IMG/VR virus record: IMGVR_UViG_3300021375_001810
DNA from: a virus
DNA: 64,000 bases
Strand: one strand, 5' to 3'
Positions within the stretch are counted from its first letter, which is position 1, and the number at the start of each line of letters is the position of its first letter. The notes under the pieces were generated by a model. It had not been told where the DNA came from, made no database searches, and saw nothing but the letters and a program-made list of their open reading frames with translations. Position numbers and translations under genes: made by a program. Shown in pieces: positions 1 to 9,409 of this stretch.

Positions 1-2
1 AA

Positions 3-674
3 CTAATATCATACAGCATGGTATCAAAAGAAATGTTTGATGCAGATAGTAGCCTACGTGACTTACAAGGTCTTGTTGCGTATTGTGCTAGAGTCAGTAA
101 TCCTGCAAACCAAATGAACAGTGAAACTAGTGAAAAACTTATCAAGTATTTGATTAAACATGCCCACTGGTCACCACTAGAAATGGTCAATGCTTGTTTG
201 CAAATTGATACCACACGTGACATTGCACATCAAGTTGTACGTCATCGTAGTTTTGCATTTCAAGAGTTTAGTCAACGTTATGCTAATCCAGAAGAAATGG
301 GCGAACAATTTGTAATACGTGAAGCACGTTTACAAGACACTAAAAATAGGCAAAACAGTATTGCACTTGATTTAGAAGATCCTGCACAGGCTGCTATTGC
401 CGATAGATGGGTACAAGAACAGCAAGATGTAATATGGAGAGCTCAACAAGCATATAATTGGGCTATTGAAGCAGGTATTGCAAAAGAACAAGCCCGAAGT
501 GTATTACCAGAAGGAAATACAAAAACAAGACTTTATATGAATGGTACACTTAGAAGCTGGATACATTATATCGATCTAAGAGGCGCTAATGGAACTCAAC
601 AAGAGCATATGGATATTGCACATGCTTGCGCCAAAGTCATCGCAGACATCTTTCCTTTAATGAAAGAAATTTAA
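3..674 (+). CDS. thyX: FAD-dependent thymidylate synthase (probably 5'-truncated by the window edge)
   Basis: ThyX motif RHRSFAFQEFSQRY, plus YCARVS, HWSPLE and NGTLRSW. The frame is open from position 3 (LISYS...), so the true start is probably upstream. Confidence 0.95.
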   Translation, partial: LISYSMVSKEMFDADSSLRDLQGLVAYCARVSNPANQMNSETSEKLIKYLIKHAHWSPLEMVNACLQIDTTRDIAHQVVRHRSFAFQEFSQRYANPEEMGEQFVIREARLQDTKNRQNSIALDLEDPAQAAIADRWVQEQQDVIWRAQQAYNWAIEAGIAKEQARSVLPEGNTKTRLYMNGTLRSWIHYIDLRGANGTQQEHMDIAHACAKVIADIFPLMKEI

Positions 675-681
675 TTAAAAA

Positions 682-710
682 TGCCCTGCACTTAAAAAAG
701 TTACAGGGCA
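682..710. terminator. Hairpin between convergent thyX and phoH, probable terminator
   Basis: TGCCCTG (682-688) / CAGGGCA (704-710) inverted repeat with an A-tract on the left. Confidence 0.55.
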
Positions 711-734
711 CAAATTAAGGATGTCTATTCTATA

Positions 735-1460
735 TTATTCATCTCCATATAGTTGTAATATTTCTTTGACTGCATTATGTCTTTCAATATCTCCTTGTTC
801 AAAGCGGACTATGTCCAAATGATTCGCCTTAGAGGCTTCTAGTAGTTTCACAAAGTCTAGTAAGCCGTTATCTAGTAGTCTATCAGCCTGAGCTAAGTCG
901 CCTGTGACTGCCATTCTAGATCCTTCTCCTAAACGTGTAAGTAACATTTTCATCTGATTTGGCGTAGCATTTTGCATTTCATCTGCCAGTATATAAGAAT
1001 TTTTAAATGTTCGCCCACGCATAAATGCTAACGGAGCAATCTCAATTATGCCTTCTTCGATCATGCCTTCAATTTCTTTTGCATTAAAGTATTCTCTAAG
1101 AACATCAAATATTGGTCTTGTCCAAGGAGCCATTTTTTGTTCTAATGTGCCTGGTAGAAAACCTAAATCTTCGTCGACCGATACCGCTGGTCTTGTTACG
1201 ATAATTTTATCAATAGCACCTTCTTTAAAAAGTTTTACCGCTACTTGCACAGCCAAAATGGTTTTGCCTGTTCCTGCTGGACCAATACCGAAGACTATGT
1301 CTTTCTTTTGATCTAACAGTCTTAACACGTAGGATTCTTGGTTTAAATTTCTTGGAAGTATGTTTACTGAAGTTTTCTTTTGATAAATGTTTATGTCTAC
1401 TACATTGTTACTGTAGTTGTTTACGCTTTGTCTCTGACGAGACTTCTTTTTTGCACCCAT
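735..1460 (-). CDS. phoH: PhoH-family ATPase
   Basis: GPAGTGKT, LGFLPG, RGRTF, DEMQN and TGDLAQ motifs; SD GGAGG. Confidence 0.95.
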   Translation of the reverse strand: MGAKKKSRQRQSVNNYSNNVVDINIYQKKTSVNILPRNLNQESYVLRLLDQKKDIVFGIGPAGTGKTILAVQVAVKLFKEGAIDKIIVTRPAVSVDEDLGFLPGTLEQKMAPWTRPIFDVLREYFNAKEIEGMIEEGIIEIAPLAFMRGRTFKNSYILADEMQNATPNQMKMLLTRLGEGSRMAVTGDLAQADRLLDNGLLDFVKLLEASKANHLDIVRFEQGDIERHNAVKEILQLYGDE

Positions 1461-1519
1461 TAAGTCCTCCCTATGGATTTATTAAGTAAGGCCTGTGTCG
1501 GGACACCGCCCTACAAAAA

Positions 1520-1527
1520 TATTTAGC
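1520..1527 (-). promoter_or_regulatory. T4-like late promoter box (GCTAAATA) for phoH
   Basis: TAAATA box that recurs upstream of late and structural genes in this window. Confidence 0.55.
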
Positions 1528-1570
1528 AATCTAACGCAAGGTAAAAATACATTGTTAACTGCTTAAAACC

Positions 1571-1578
1571 GATAAATA
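1571..1578 (+). promoter_or_regulatory. T4-like late promoter box (GATAAATA)
   Basis: Resembles the T4 late consensus TATAAATA; lies upstream of the operon containing the lysis genes. Confidence 0.65.
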
Positions 1579-1606
1579 AGTATACAAAGATATCAAGGAT
1601 ACCATC

Positions 1607-2128
1607 ATGCAAGACATAATGAACATTGTAAAGAACATTGACAACATCTACAACAGCAATACATCGTTTAATATTTTAAAGGATTTTGAACGTGTTTTAG
1701 ATGAATTAGATCTATATGTGTATAAAAACTGGAAGGATGGCGAATTATGTGCTGGTCCTATTATAGATCGTCATTGGGTTACATGCTCATTTATGTGGGA
1801 TAAAGATAACATGCCAGATCCAATGGGCGGCAAACGTTTACTTGATTATGATTGCAAAGTATCCTACGGTAAAGACTATCTTATTCAACCACGTAAAATT
1901 AAAGTACCAGACGATATTCGTCCTGGCACTAAGAAGGGTAAATTAGATAGAAAAGATATTTGGGTAGTAGAAATACAGATGCCTAAGAAACTTATAATAG
2001 ATATTTACGGTGGTAAGTTTGCTACAGAAGAATATCAAGAAGAACCTGCTGTAGCACCAGATGTTGCACCAGCGCCGCAAGCGGCTGACGAAGCTGTACC
2101 TACGGCTCCAGAAGGAGAAACAGTATAA
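1607..2128 (+). CDS. Hypothetical phage protein
   Basis: 173-aa ORF with SD AAGGA; stop overlaps the next start (TAATG). Confidence 0.8.
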   Translation: MQDIMNIVKNIDNIYNSNTSFNILKDFERVLDELDLYVYKNWKDGELCAGPIIDRHWVTCSFMWDKDNMPDPMGGKRLLDYDCKVSYGKDYLIQPRKIKVPDDIRPGTKKGKLDRKDIWVVEIQMPKKLIIDIYGGKFATEEYQEEPAVAPDVAPAPQAADEAVPTAPEGETV

Positions 2129-2844
2129 TGGGATTACAAGCAGGAGATTTAAAAAACATGATGTATGATATCTTCGAAGTTGATTCGTATGCGTCTAAAA
2201 TGGGCGATGATAAAAATATTGTTACACTAAGTTTTAGTGTAATGGAAAAGGCAGCGGCAGATGACTTAATGAACTTTTTAGAAAAAGGTTATTCATTTGT
2301 GTTAGATGCAGATGCAACACCAGGTGAGCAAAGTGACGGAACTTATAAAGTGTTTGTTGAAATGGAAAGAGACAGGGATGTCCACAATAACATTTTAGAA
2401 ATCGTTGACGGCGTAAAAGAACTTTCAAACATAGATGATTTTAAATTCCGTTACTATAAAGGATTTAAATCAAAGTCAGTAACAGAAGAAGAATTAACAG
2501 CAACTATACCTAATGATCCAGCAAACTATGGACTTAGAGTAGATGAAACAAATTTAGACAATTATAAAAACTTCTTTAGTAATAGTTTTGTTGAAAGTGT
2601 CAATTTATTAGAAAACAAATTAACAATTAAAAAAGCATTTGCAGACCCGATTAAATTTGAACTTATTGACTTTGGCGAAAGAACTGAAGTGTATTCAAAT
2701 ATTAAAGAAACATTAGACATTATGGAATCGTATCCTGAAGTACTCTATTTGACAAAGTACTTAGGTGACTATAATATAAGTAAGTATGGAGACAAACTTA
2801 TCTTTGAAAATAAAGATAAGGCTCTCGTTTTAAAAAGGATCTAA
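2128..2844 (+). CDS. Hypothetical phage protein
   Basis: 238-aa acidic ORF with SD GGAG. Confidence 0.8.
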   Translation: MGLQAGDLKNMMYDIFEVDSYASKMGDDKNIVTLSFSVMEKAAADDLMNFLEKGYSFVLDADATPGEQSDGTYKVFVEMERDRDVHNNILEIVDGVKELSNIDDFKFRYYKGFKSKSVTEEELTATIPNDPANYGLRVDETNLDNYKNFFSNSFVESVNLLENKLTIKKAFADPIKFELIDFGERTEVYSNIKETLDIMESYPEVLYLTKYLGDYNISKYGDKLIFENKDKALVLKRI

Positions 2845-2846
2845 AA

Positions 2847-3734
2847 ATGAGTTTTGAATTACAAAAAGAACAGTTAGCACAACTAATACCAGGTAACAAC
2901 GATGTCGATTCGTGGCACGAAGCACTGGTTGCTATTATGCCCAAGTATGGTATTAATACTGTAAGACGTGCGGCACACTTTATAAGTCAGTGTGCTCATG
3001 AAAGTAACAACTTTCGTTCATTGCAAGAAAACTTAAACTATAGTGAAAAATCACTTAATGCTGTATTTGGCAGGTACTTTGGTACTGGCGTTCATCCAGC
3101 AGGACACACAAGACGTAATGCAGCTGAGTATGCTCGCAACCCAGAAAAAATTGCAAACTATGTATACATGGATGAATTCCGTAAGTACAAAATGGGTAAC
3201 GTCAATGAAGGCGACGGTTGGTTATTTAGAGGCCGTGGCTTAAAACAATTAACAGGACGCGAAAACTATACACGTTTTGGTAAAACTGTAGATATGACAG
3301 CAGAAGAAGCTGCTGAATACGTTGCAACACCTAAAGGTGCTGTTGAGTCAGCATGTTGGTTTTGGGACGCAAATAATTTAAACTCAATTGCAGACACTGA
3401 TGATGTTGTAAAAATGACTAAAAAGATTAACGGTGGTAACATTGGTCTTGAGTCACGTCAGAAGCGTTATACAAAAGCAATGGAAGTATTTGGTAACCCT
3501 GTATCATTAGCAGACGATCATGGAGATGATGATTTTGATGTAGATGATATCGGCGTACTACGTAAAGGTTGCAAAGGCGAAGGTGTTAAATTAATGCAGG
3601 AAGCATTAGGCATTGGAGCAGATGGAATCTTTGGCCCAGGAACAGAACGGGCATTAAAAGAGTGGCAGTCTAGCAAAGGCTTAGTAGTAGACGGCATTGC
3701 AGGCCCTGCAACACTCGGCGAACTTTTGGGGTAA
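2847..3734 (+). CDS. Endolysin: glycoside hydrolase family 19 domain plus C-terminal peptidoglycan-binding domain
   Basis: QCAHES, ENLNYS, GDGWLFRGRGLKQLTGRENY and TKKINGG; C-terminal DGIFGPGT / DGIAGPAT PG-binding repeats. Confidence 0.9.
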   Translation: MSFELQKEQLAQLIPGNNDVDSWHEALVAIMPKYGINTVRRAAHFISQCAHESNNFRSLQENLNYSEKSLNAVFGRYFGTGVHPAGHTRRNAAEYARNPEKIANYVYMDEFRKYKMGNVNEGDGWLFRGRGLKQLTGRENYTRFGKTVDMTAEEAAEYVATPKGAVESACWFWDANNLNSIADTDDVVKMTKKINGGNIGLESRQKRYTKAMEVFGNPVSLADDHGDDDFDVDDIGVLRKGCKGEGVKLMQEALGIGADGIFGPGTERALKEWQSSKGLVVDGIAGPATLGELLG

Positions 3735-3739
3735 TAATT

Positions 3740-3967
3740 ATGTGGAAAGAACAAGTTATGCAAGTACTGGAAGGTCATTTCGGTACTAAAAAAGAGATCA
3801 CTGAAACAAGTCATTTTTTAGATGACCTAGACGGTGACGAGATTGATATAGTTGATGTAACAGTTCAAATATGTGAAAAGTTAGATATCAATATACCTGA
3901 AGAAGAAACATTTGATATAGGAACTGTACAAGAATTACTTGATGTAGTGGAGAAACACGTTGTTTAG
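3740..3967 (+). CDS. Acyl carrier protein-like protein lacking the phosphopantetheine Ser
   Basis: 75-aa acidic protein. FLDDLDGDEIDIVDV...EKLDINIPEE...IGTVQELLD aligns with ACP FVEDLGADSLDTVEL...EEFDIEIPDE...ITTVQAAID. Confidence 0.8.
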   Translation: MWKEQVMQVLEGHFGTKKEITETSHFLDDLDGDEIDIVDVTVQICEKLDINIPEEETFDIGTVQELLDVVEKHVV

Positions 3968-4445
3968 CTCTATTCGTATAGCACTTGTATTAGTGCTACT
4001 TGCATCTGCCGGTGGCGGCTATTTGTATGTTAAAAAATTACAAGGCGACCTTGATACAGCAAAAGCTAATATTATAAAACTTGAAGATGGTATCAACGAA
4101 CAAAAGGCTGTAATTGCACAACAAGAAGCAGACTTCGAAGCCATTATTAAGGTCAGAAATGATCTTGAAGATGTAAATAGAATGCTGGAGACTGCTAATA
4201 AAAACTTAAATGAAAAGTTTAATAAGTTAAATGCATCCGGTGAAAGACGTGACATTGGTGCGTTATCAACATCAAGACCAAAGTCGATAGAAAGAATTTT
4301 AAATAAAGACGAAGTTAACGAAAGACGTTGTTTTGAAATCATACAAGGTTCGGAGTTAACTGAAGAGGAACTAAATGCTACAAAAAAGTCAAAGATCAAT
4401 ACTGTATGTCCTGAGCTTGCTAATCCTAACTACATTCCTTACTAG
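3960..4445 (+). CDS. Inner-membrane spanin (Rz-like)
   Basis: N-terminal TM helix, long coiled coil, C-terminal Cys; overlaps a lipoprotein gene. Confidence 0.75.
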   Translation: MFSSIRIALVLVLLASAGGGYLYVKKLQGDLDTAKANIIKLEDGINEQKAVIAQQEADFEAIIKVRNDLEDVNRMLETANKNLNEKFNKLNASGERRDIGALSTSRPKSIERILNKDEVNERRCFEIIQGSELTEEELNATKKSKINTVCPELANPNYIPY

Positions 4446-4770
4446 TTGTAGTACGATTCAGCCATTAGAAGTTTTTAAGACAGAAGTAGAACGACGTCCT
4501 CTTAATTTGCCTTTACCTGCACCAGCAGAACTTGAACAAGTCCGTTGGATAATAATTAATCGAGAAAATGCTGAAGAAGTATTTGCAGATTTAGAAAAGA
4601 AAAATATTGATCCTGTTATAATAGGATTAACAGATGAAGATTACGAGAACTTCAGAAAAAATTATGCACAGATCCGTGCATATATGATAAAACAAAACTC
4701 AATCATTGACGCTTACAAAGAGTACTATGAAGGTGAGCAAGATGACCAAAAGGTTGACAACAACCAATAG
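4375..4770 (+). CDS. Outer-membrane spanin lipoprotein (Rz1-like)
   Basis: Signal peptide with lipobox LTS-C25, Pro-rich segment, 71-nt overlap with the i-spanin. Confidence 0.75.
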   Translation: MLQKSQRSILYVLSLLILTTFLTSCSTIQPLEVFKTEVERRPLNLPLPAPAELEQVRWIIINRENAEEVFADLEKKNIDPVIIGLTDEDYENFRKNYAQIRAYMIKQNSIIDAYKEYYEGEQDDQKVDNNQ

Positions 4771-4782
4771 TTTTGTTATAAT
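4754..4782 (+). promoter_or_regulatory. Sigma70-type early promoter for iscS-iscU
   Basis: TTGACA-N17-TATAAT, exact consensus. Confidence 0.85.
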
Positions 4783-4802
4783 ACATTTTTAACTAAAAAT
4801 TT

Positions 4803-6020
4803 ATGAAAAGGATATACCTAGACTACGCATCGACCACTCCATGCGATCCGAAAGTTGCTAACTTAATGGCAAAATACCTCACCTTTGAAGGAGAGTTTGG
4901 TAACCCTGCAAGTAGAAGTCATAGTTTTGGTTGGGAGGCTGATCAAGCAATTGACACAGCAAGACAACAAGTAGCAGACCTTATTGGTGCTGATCCAAGA
5001 GAAATTGTATTCACAAGTGGTGCTACTGAAGCAGATAACCTTGCTATCAAAGGCACAGCACAATTCTACGAAACAAATGGCAAGCACATTATCACAAGTA
5101 AAATCGAACACAAGGCAGTACTTGATCCTTGCAGAGAACTTGAACGCGACGGATTTGAAGTTACATATCTTGATCCAAATGATGACGGTATAATTACAGC
5201 AGATATGGTTGCTAATGCAATCAGAGAAGATACTATACTTGTAAGTATTATGTTTATTAATAATGAACTTGGTACTCTTAACGATATAGAAGGCATTGGT
5301 AAACTATGCTTCGATAAGAAAATTACATTTCATGTAGATGCAGCTCAGGCTACAGGCAAGGTTGAAATTAACTTAGCAGAACTTCCTGTAAATTTAATGA
5401 GTTTGTCCGCACACAAAACATATGGTCCAAAGGGTGTAGGAGCATTGTATATCAGACGTAAACCACGTGCAAGAATAAGAGCACAAATGCACGGTGGTGG
5501 TCACGAAAGAGGCAATAGAAGTGGAACATTACCTACACATCAAATAGTAGGAATGGGCGAAGCATACAGGATTGCTAAAGAAAGATTTGAACAAGACAAG
5601 GCTCATGTAAATATGTTGCATGATCGCTTGTTAGAAAGAGTCAACGAAGTTGACGAAGTGTATTTAAACGGAAGTCTTAATCACAAAGTTAAAAACATTC
5701 TAAATGTTAGTTTTAATTTTATTGAAGGCGAAAGTTTGATTATGGCTTTAGAAAATGTTGCTGTTAGTAGCGGTAGTGCATGTACAAGTGCAACACTTGA
5801 ACCAAGTTATGTATTACGTGCTTTGGGCAGAGCAGACGAACTAGCACACAGCAGTATACGATTTAGTTTTGGAAGACAAACTACAATCGAAGATATTGAC
5901 CAAACAGCAGATACATTATTAGACGTAGTTGAAAAATTAAGACAACTATCACCATTATGGGACATGTACCAAGACGGCGTTGACATGGAAGCGTTCAACT
6001 GGGACGAGTACATGCATTAA
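4803..6020 (+). CDS. iscS: Cysteine desulfurase IscS
   Basis: [27 protein letters not shown] Lys in [10 protein letters not shown], catalytic Cys in SGSACTS, and an IscS-type C-terminus LSPLWDM. Confidence 0.95.
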   Translation: MKRIYLDYASTTPCDPKVANLMAKYLTFEGEFGNPASRSHSFGWEADQAIDTARQQVADLIGADPREIVFTSGATEADNLAIKGTAQFYETNGKHIITSKIEHKAVLDPCRELERDGFEVTYLDPNDDGIITADMVANAIREDTILVSIMFINNELGTLNDIEGIGKLCFDKKITFHVDAAQATGKVEINLAELPVNLMSLSAHKTYGPKGVGALYIRRKPRARIRAQMHGGGHERGNRSGTLPTHQIVGMGEAYRIAKERFEQDKAHVNMLHDRLLERVNEVDEVYLNGSLNHKVKNILNVSFNFIEGESLIMALENVAVSSGSACTSATLEPSYVLRALGRADELAHSSIRFSFGRQTTIEDIDQTADTLLDVVEKLRQLSPLWDMYQDGVDMEAFNWDEYMH

Positions 6021-6030
6021 GGAAATTATT

Positions 6031-6456
6031 ATGGCATATTCAGAAGAAGTAACAAAAAGGTTTAAAGGTGTATTATCAGATCCTGAAGGATTTAATGTAG
6101 GAAAGTTTGATCCAAAAGATCCTAAAGTAGCAACAGGAATGTCTGGAGCACCGGCTTGTGGTGACGTAATGCGTCTACAACTTAAATTAGACGAAGATGA
6201 TAAAATTGAAGATGTAGTTTTTAAAACATATGGTTGTGGAAGTGCTATAGCAAGTTCAACAATGTTTGTTGAAATGCTTAAAGGTAAAACAGTAGACGAA
6301 GCAAGACAAATTAAAGATAAAGATATTGCAGAAGCATTAGATTTGCCGCCGATCAAAATACATTGTTCTGTACTAGCAGAAGATTCAATCAAAAAAGCAA
6401 TTGACGATTGGGATAAAAAGAGAGAAATAAGACAACACAACGGAGGACCTAAATAA
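6031..6456 (+). CDS. iscU: Fe-S cluster scaffold IscU
   Basis: GAPACGDVM, KTYGCGSAIASS and LPPIKIHCSVLAED; ATG at 6031 follows SD AAGGA. Confidence 0.93.
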   Translation: MAYSEEVTKRFKGVLSDPEGFNVGKFDPKDPKVATGMSGAPACGDVMRLQLKLDEDDKIEDVVFKTYGCGSAIASSTMFVEMLKGKTVDEARQIKDKDIAEALDLPPIKIHCSVLAEDSIKKAIDDWDKKREIRQHNGGPK

Positions 6457-6638
6457 TGCCAGAAAAATTTAAACCATCACAAGTTATTAGAGACAAGGCC
6501 TCTGGTAAAAAGAAAACACAACACTTCTATATAAAGTCTACACCAAAGCAAGAACTTTTAGACTATTTAGATAATCATAATGCAAAGCCCAAAATAAAAA
6601 CTAAAGTTAAAAAAGAACTTATTCGAAGAGGGGTATAA
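6456..6638 (+). CDS. Small basic hypothetical protein
   Basis: 60-aa ORF with TAATG overlaps at both ends and SD GGAGG. Confidence 0.7.
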   Translation: MPEKFKPSQVIRDKASGKKKTQHFYIKSTPKQELLDYLDNHNAKPKIKTKVKKELIRRGV

Positions 6639-6916
6639 TGAACTGGTGGGATCGATTCTTAGAGTGGAGTTGGCAAAGAGAAGCCGACAGGCAATTTGCT
6701 CAGGCCCAAACAACTATAGATGATATAGGTCACATTACTAAGCCTGCAAAAAAAGTAATTGATGTCATGGAAGATGATATCGATCCAAATGAAGTTACAA
6801 TAGAGAACGCATACAAAACAAGATGGATATGGTATCATACAATACTAGCAATAGGTATTTTTATGACAAACATATTATTAATAGCCATTTTAACAGCATT
6901 AATTATTAAGTTATGA
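6638..6916 (+). CDS. Hypothetical membrane protein
   Basis: 92 aa, C-terminal hydrophobic helix, coupled start. Confidence 0.7.
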   Translation: MNWWDRFLEWSWQREADRQFAQAQTTIDDIGHITKPAKKVIDVMEDDIDPNEVTIENAYKTRWIWYHTILAIGIFMTNILLIAILTALIIKL

Positions 6917-7110
6917 GTATACCAGAAATAATAGGATTTAGTTTTTTATTTGTAATAGTAGCAACTGTATTGGTAATACTATCTTGGTTTATGGCAGAAC
7001 TAATACACGGTAAAGGTCTTGGTACAAAAGGAATTGAAACAAAGCCTTATAGATCTAAATCAGGAAAGATTCGCACAGCGAGAAAATCTAGACAAAACCA
7101 CATAGTATAG
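6913..7110 (+). CDS. Small membrane protein
   Basis: N-terminal TM helix and basic tail; ATGA overlap. Confidence 0.65.
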   Translation: MSIPEIIGFSFLFVIVATVLVILSWFMAELIHGKGLGTKGIETKPYRSKSGKIRTARKSRQNHIV

Positions 7111-7331
7111 TGTCTTGTCCAAACCCAACCCCAACAAAACCCAACACTATAAGAATGACTGTTGAAGTTGAAATACCTTATGACCTTGAAGTAGTACAAT
7201 ACGTTGATAAGGGTAAACAAAAAATTATTGATTATATTAACAGTGACAAATTTCAGTCATACGAAATGATAATAGGACCTCATAATGAAGAAAGAAAAAG
7301 TACTCCAATACGCAAATCTAGCACCAAGTGA
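7110..7331 (+). CDS. Hypothetical protein
   Basis: 73-aa ORF filling the operon gap; start uncertain. Confidence 0.5.
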   Translation: MSCPNPTPTKPNTIRMTVEVEIPYDLEVVQYVDKGKQKIIDYINSDKFQSYEMIIGPHNEERKSTPIRKSSTK

Positions 7332-7455
7332 ATCTATAATAGAAAAACTAACAGAAATTCACCCAATGAAGCAAGTCTTTTGGGCTTCAATTCTTCAAAT
7401 ATCTGTGTTTGGGTTCATGCTTCTAGCCTTCTTTATTATAGATAAAATCAGCTAA
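7285..7455 (+). CDS. Small membrane protein (not in the ORF track)
   Basis: MKKEKVLQYANLAPSESIIEKLTEIHPMKQVFWASILQISVFGFMLLAFFIIDKIS, 56 aa, SD AGGA. Confidence 0.6.
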   Translation: MKKEKVLQYANLAPSESIIEKLTEIHPMKQVFWASILQISVFGFMLLAFFIIDKIS

Positions 7456-7458
7456 ATA
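7451..7458 (+). promoter_or_regulatory. Late promoter box (GCTAAATA)
   Basis: TAAATA box in the intergenic gap. Confidence 0.55.
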
Positions 7459-7490
7459 ATAGTACAATATAATAAACACGAGGGCACTTT

Positions 7491-7775
7491 ATGTGGGAAA
7501 TGATTGAGAGAATGGCGGACGACCGTCTATGGATTTATACAGCAATAGCCGGTAGTATATTTGGTGCATTGTTCATTGCATACATGCGTGATACTAAAAT
7601 GGCATTATGGGCATACAGTAAATGGGACTGGTTACTTGATTCTCTTAGAGACAGGTATGGATGGACTTGGTTAGATCAAGATCCTGATGCATGGAAGACG
7701 ATCAATCCTAGCATAGCAAACAAGATCGAAGAGATCGATGCTCGCTTATCTAAACTTGAGGGAAAGAAAAAATGA
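7491..7775 (+). CDS. Membrane protein
   Basis: One TM helix near the N-terminus; Trp-rich. Confidence 0.75.
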   Translation: MWEMIERMADDRLWIYTAIAGSIFGALFIAYMRDTKMALWAYSKWDWLLDSLRDRYGWTWLDQDPDAWKTINPSIANKIEEIDARLSKLEGKKK

Positions 7776-8065
7776 GTGAAGACACACAAACTAAGAAAGT
7801 TAATATTGAGCTAGAAGTAGATACTAGCACTGTAGACAGTTCTAAAAACAGATATCAAGGGCTTATTGACATGGCAAGAGCTGTTGATGCTTGGAGAATA
7901 TTCCCAAGATTATTCTTAACAGTTTATATTATTTTACTTTACAAATGTGTAATTTGGTATATGGACTTAGCGGCTCCTACTATGGAACAATCAGGTTTAA
8001 TTAGTATTGTTGTTGGTGCAGGTGCAGCATGGTTTGGACTATACACCGGAACTAGCAAGAAGTAG
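7772..8065 (+). CDS. Two-TM membrane protein, possible holin
   Basis: WRIFPRLFLTVYIILLY and SGLISIVVGAGAAWFGLY helices, basic C-terminus, downstream of a late box. Confidence 0.5.
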   Translation: MSEDTQTKKVNIELEVDTSTVDSSKNRYQGLIDMARAVDAWRIFPRLFLTVYIILLYKCVIWYMDLAAPTMEQSGLISIVVGAGAAWFGLYTGTSKK

Positions 8066-8088
8066 CTCACTAACAAATAAGTACTAGT

Positions 8089-8919
8089 ATGGACTATTAT
8101 GACGTACTAGGCGTTCCTAAAGGCGCTTCTGCCCAAGAACTTAAAAAAGCATACAAGAAACAAAGTATGAAACATCACCCTGACAGAGGTGGTGACGAAG
8201 AACAGTTCAAAAAAGTTAACGAAGCATACGCAACACTTAAAGACCCTAAAAAGAGATCTGAGTACGATAATCCAAGTCCGTTTGGACAAGGTGGACAACA
8301 AGGATTTAATGGCGGACAAGGGTTTGCCGGTTTTGAAAATATTAATGATGTTTTCAATAATATGTTTAGTGGAGGATTTCAGCCTAGAGGAAACATGGAC
8401 GTAACCTTAGGCATTAAGTTAACACTAGAAGAATCTTTTAGAGGTAAAAGTTTAATTGCTAATTACCAATTAAACACAGGCAAACAAGAAACAGTTACTA
8501 TTGATATTCCTAAAGGTGCAAAGGACGGCGATACAATTAGATATCAAGGACTTGGTAATGAGTTTCCTGGACGAGGTAGAGGCAATTTAAACTGTAGGGT
8601 ACAAATACAACCGCATAGACTTTATAGACGTGACGGTGACAACTTGTATACTCTACACAAAGTAGATGCACTAGGCATGATTGCTGGATGTAAAACTATA
8701 GTACAAACAATAGACGGTCGTAAGTTAGAACTAAAGATACCTAAAGGCACACAGAATCAAACGACATTCAATATTACAGATAACGGCATGCCTAATATAA
8801 ACACAGGTAGACGTGGAAACTTATATATAACTATAGAAGCAGAAATATTTAAAACTGACAGTGAAGAACTACTAAAATTGATTAGAGAGATAAATGAGAA
8901 AAGAAATGAAATTAGTTAA
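8089..8919 (+). CDS. DnaJ-family co-chaperone (class B/CbpA-like, no Zn finger)
   Basis: J-domain with HPD (KHHPDRGG), G/F-rich linker, C-terminal DnaJ domain. Confidence 0.92.
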   Translation: MDYYDVLGVPKGASAQELKKAYKKQSMKHHPDRGGDEEQFKKVNEAYATLKDPKKRSEYDNPSPFGQGGQQGFNGGQGFAGFENINDVFNNMFSGGFQPRGNMDVTLGIKLTLEESFRGKSLIANYQLNTGKQETVTIDIPKGAKDGDTIRYQGLGNEFPGRGRGNLNCRVQIQPHRLYRRDGDNLYTLHKVDALGMIAGCKTIVQTIDGRKLELKIPKGTQNQTTFNITDNGMPNINTGRRGNLYITIEAEIFKTDSEELLKLIREINEKRNEIS

Positions 8920-9409
8920 AAGCCCAGATCCGTGGTTAGAAAAAACAGTAAAAGAGTTTGATTTTAATGTATTAGATGCTAAGTCTATTGCAGAAGAAAT
9001 GATTACACTTATGACTACAGAAGGCGGAATTGGACTTAGTGCTAACCAAGTTGCATTAGATGCTCAAATTTTAGTAATGAAACCGCACCTGTTAGAAAAT
9101 AAAGAACCGTTTGCAATGATCAATCCTACAATTGAAAGTGTAACAATTAATATGGAAAATATGCCAGAAGGATGTTTAAGTTGGCCTGGGTTAATATTAT
9201 CGGTAAAACGTCCTAGAGGAATCATAGTCAAATATCTTGACACAGACGCTAAAGAGTGTATAATAGAATTATACGATTTAGATGCTAGATGTTTTTTACA
9301 TGAATACGATCACTTACAAGGGATTGAATTTGTAGATAGAGTATCGAGATTAAAATTAGATTTAGCTAAGAAAAAAATGAGAAAACAGAGGAAAAAACAG
9401 TATGGTTGA
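8906..9409 (+). CDS. def: Peptide deformylase
   Basis: GIGLSANQV, EGCLS and HEYDH motifs; start at 8894 or 8906. Confidence 0.93.
   Translation: MKLVKSPDPWLEKTVKEFDFNVLDAKSIAEEMITLMTTEGGIGLSANQVALDAQILVMKPHLLENKEPFAMINPTIESVTINMENMPEGCLSWPGLILSVKRPRGIIVKYLDTDAKECIIELYDLDARCFLHEYDHLQGIEFVDRVSRLKLDLAKKKMRKQRKKQYG
9237..9264 (+). promoter_or_regulatory. Sigma70-type promoter inside def, upstream of clpA
   Basis: TTGACA-N16-TATAAT. Confidence 0.6.

Noticed and set aside
4803-6020. IscS as sulfur donor for DNA phosphorothioation
   Set aside because: No dnd or ssp genes are in the window, and pairing with iscU points to Fe-S assembly.
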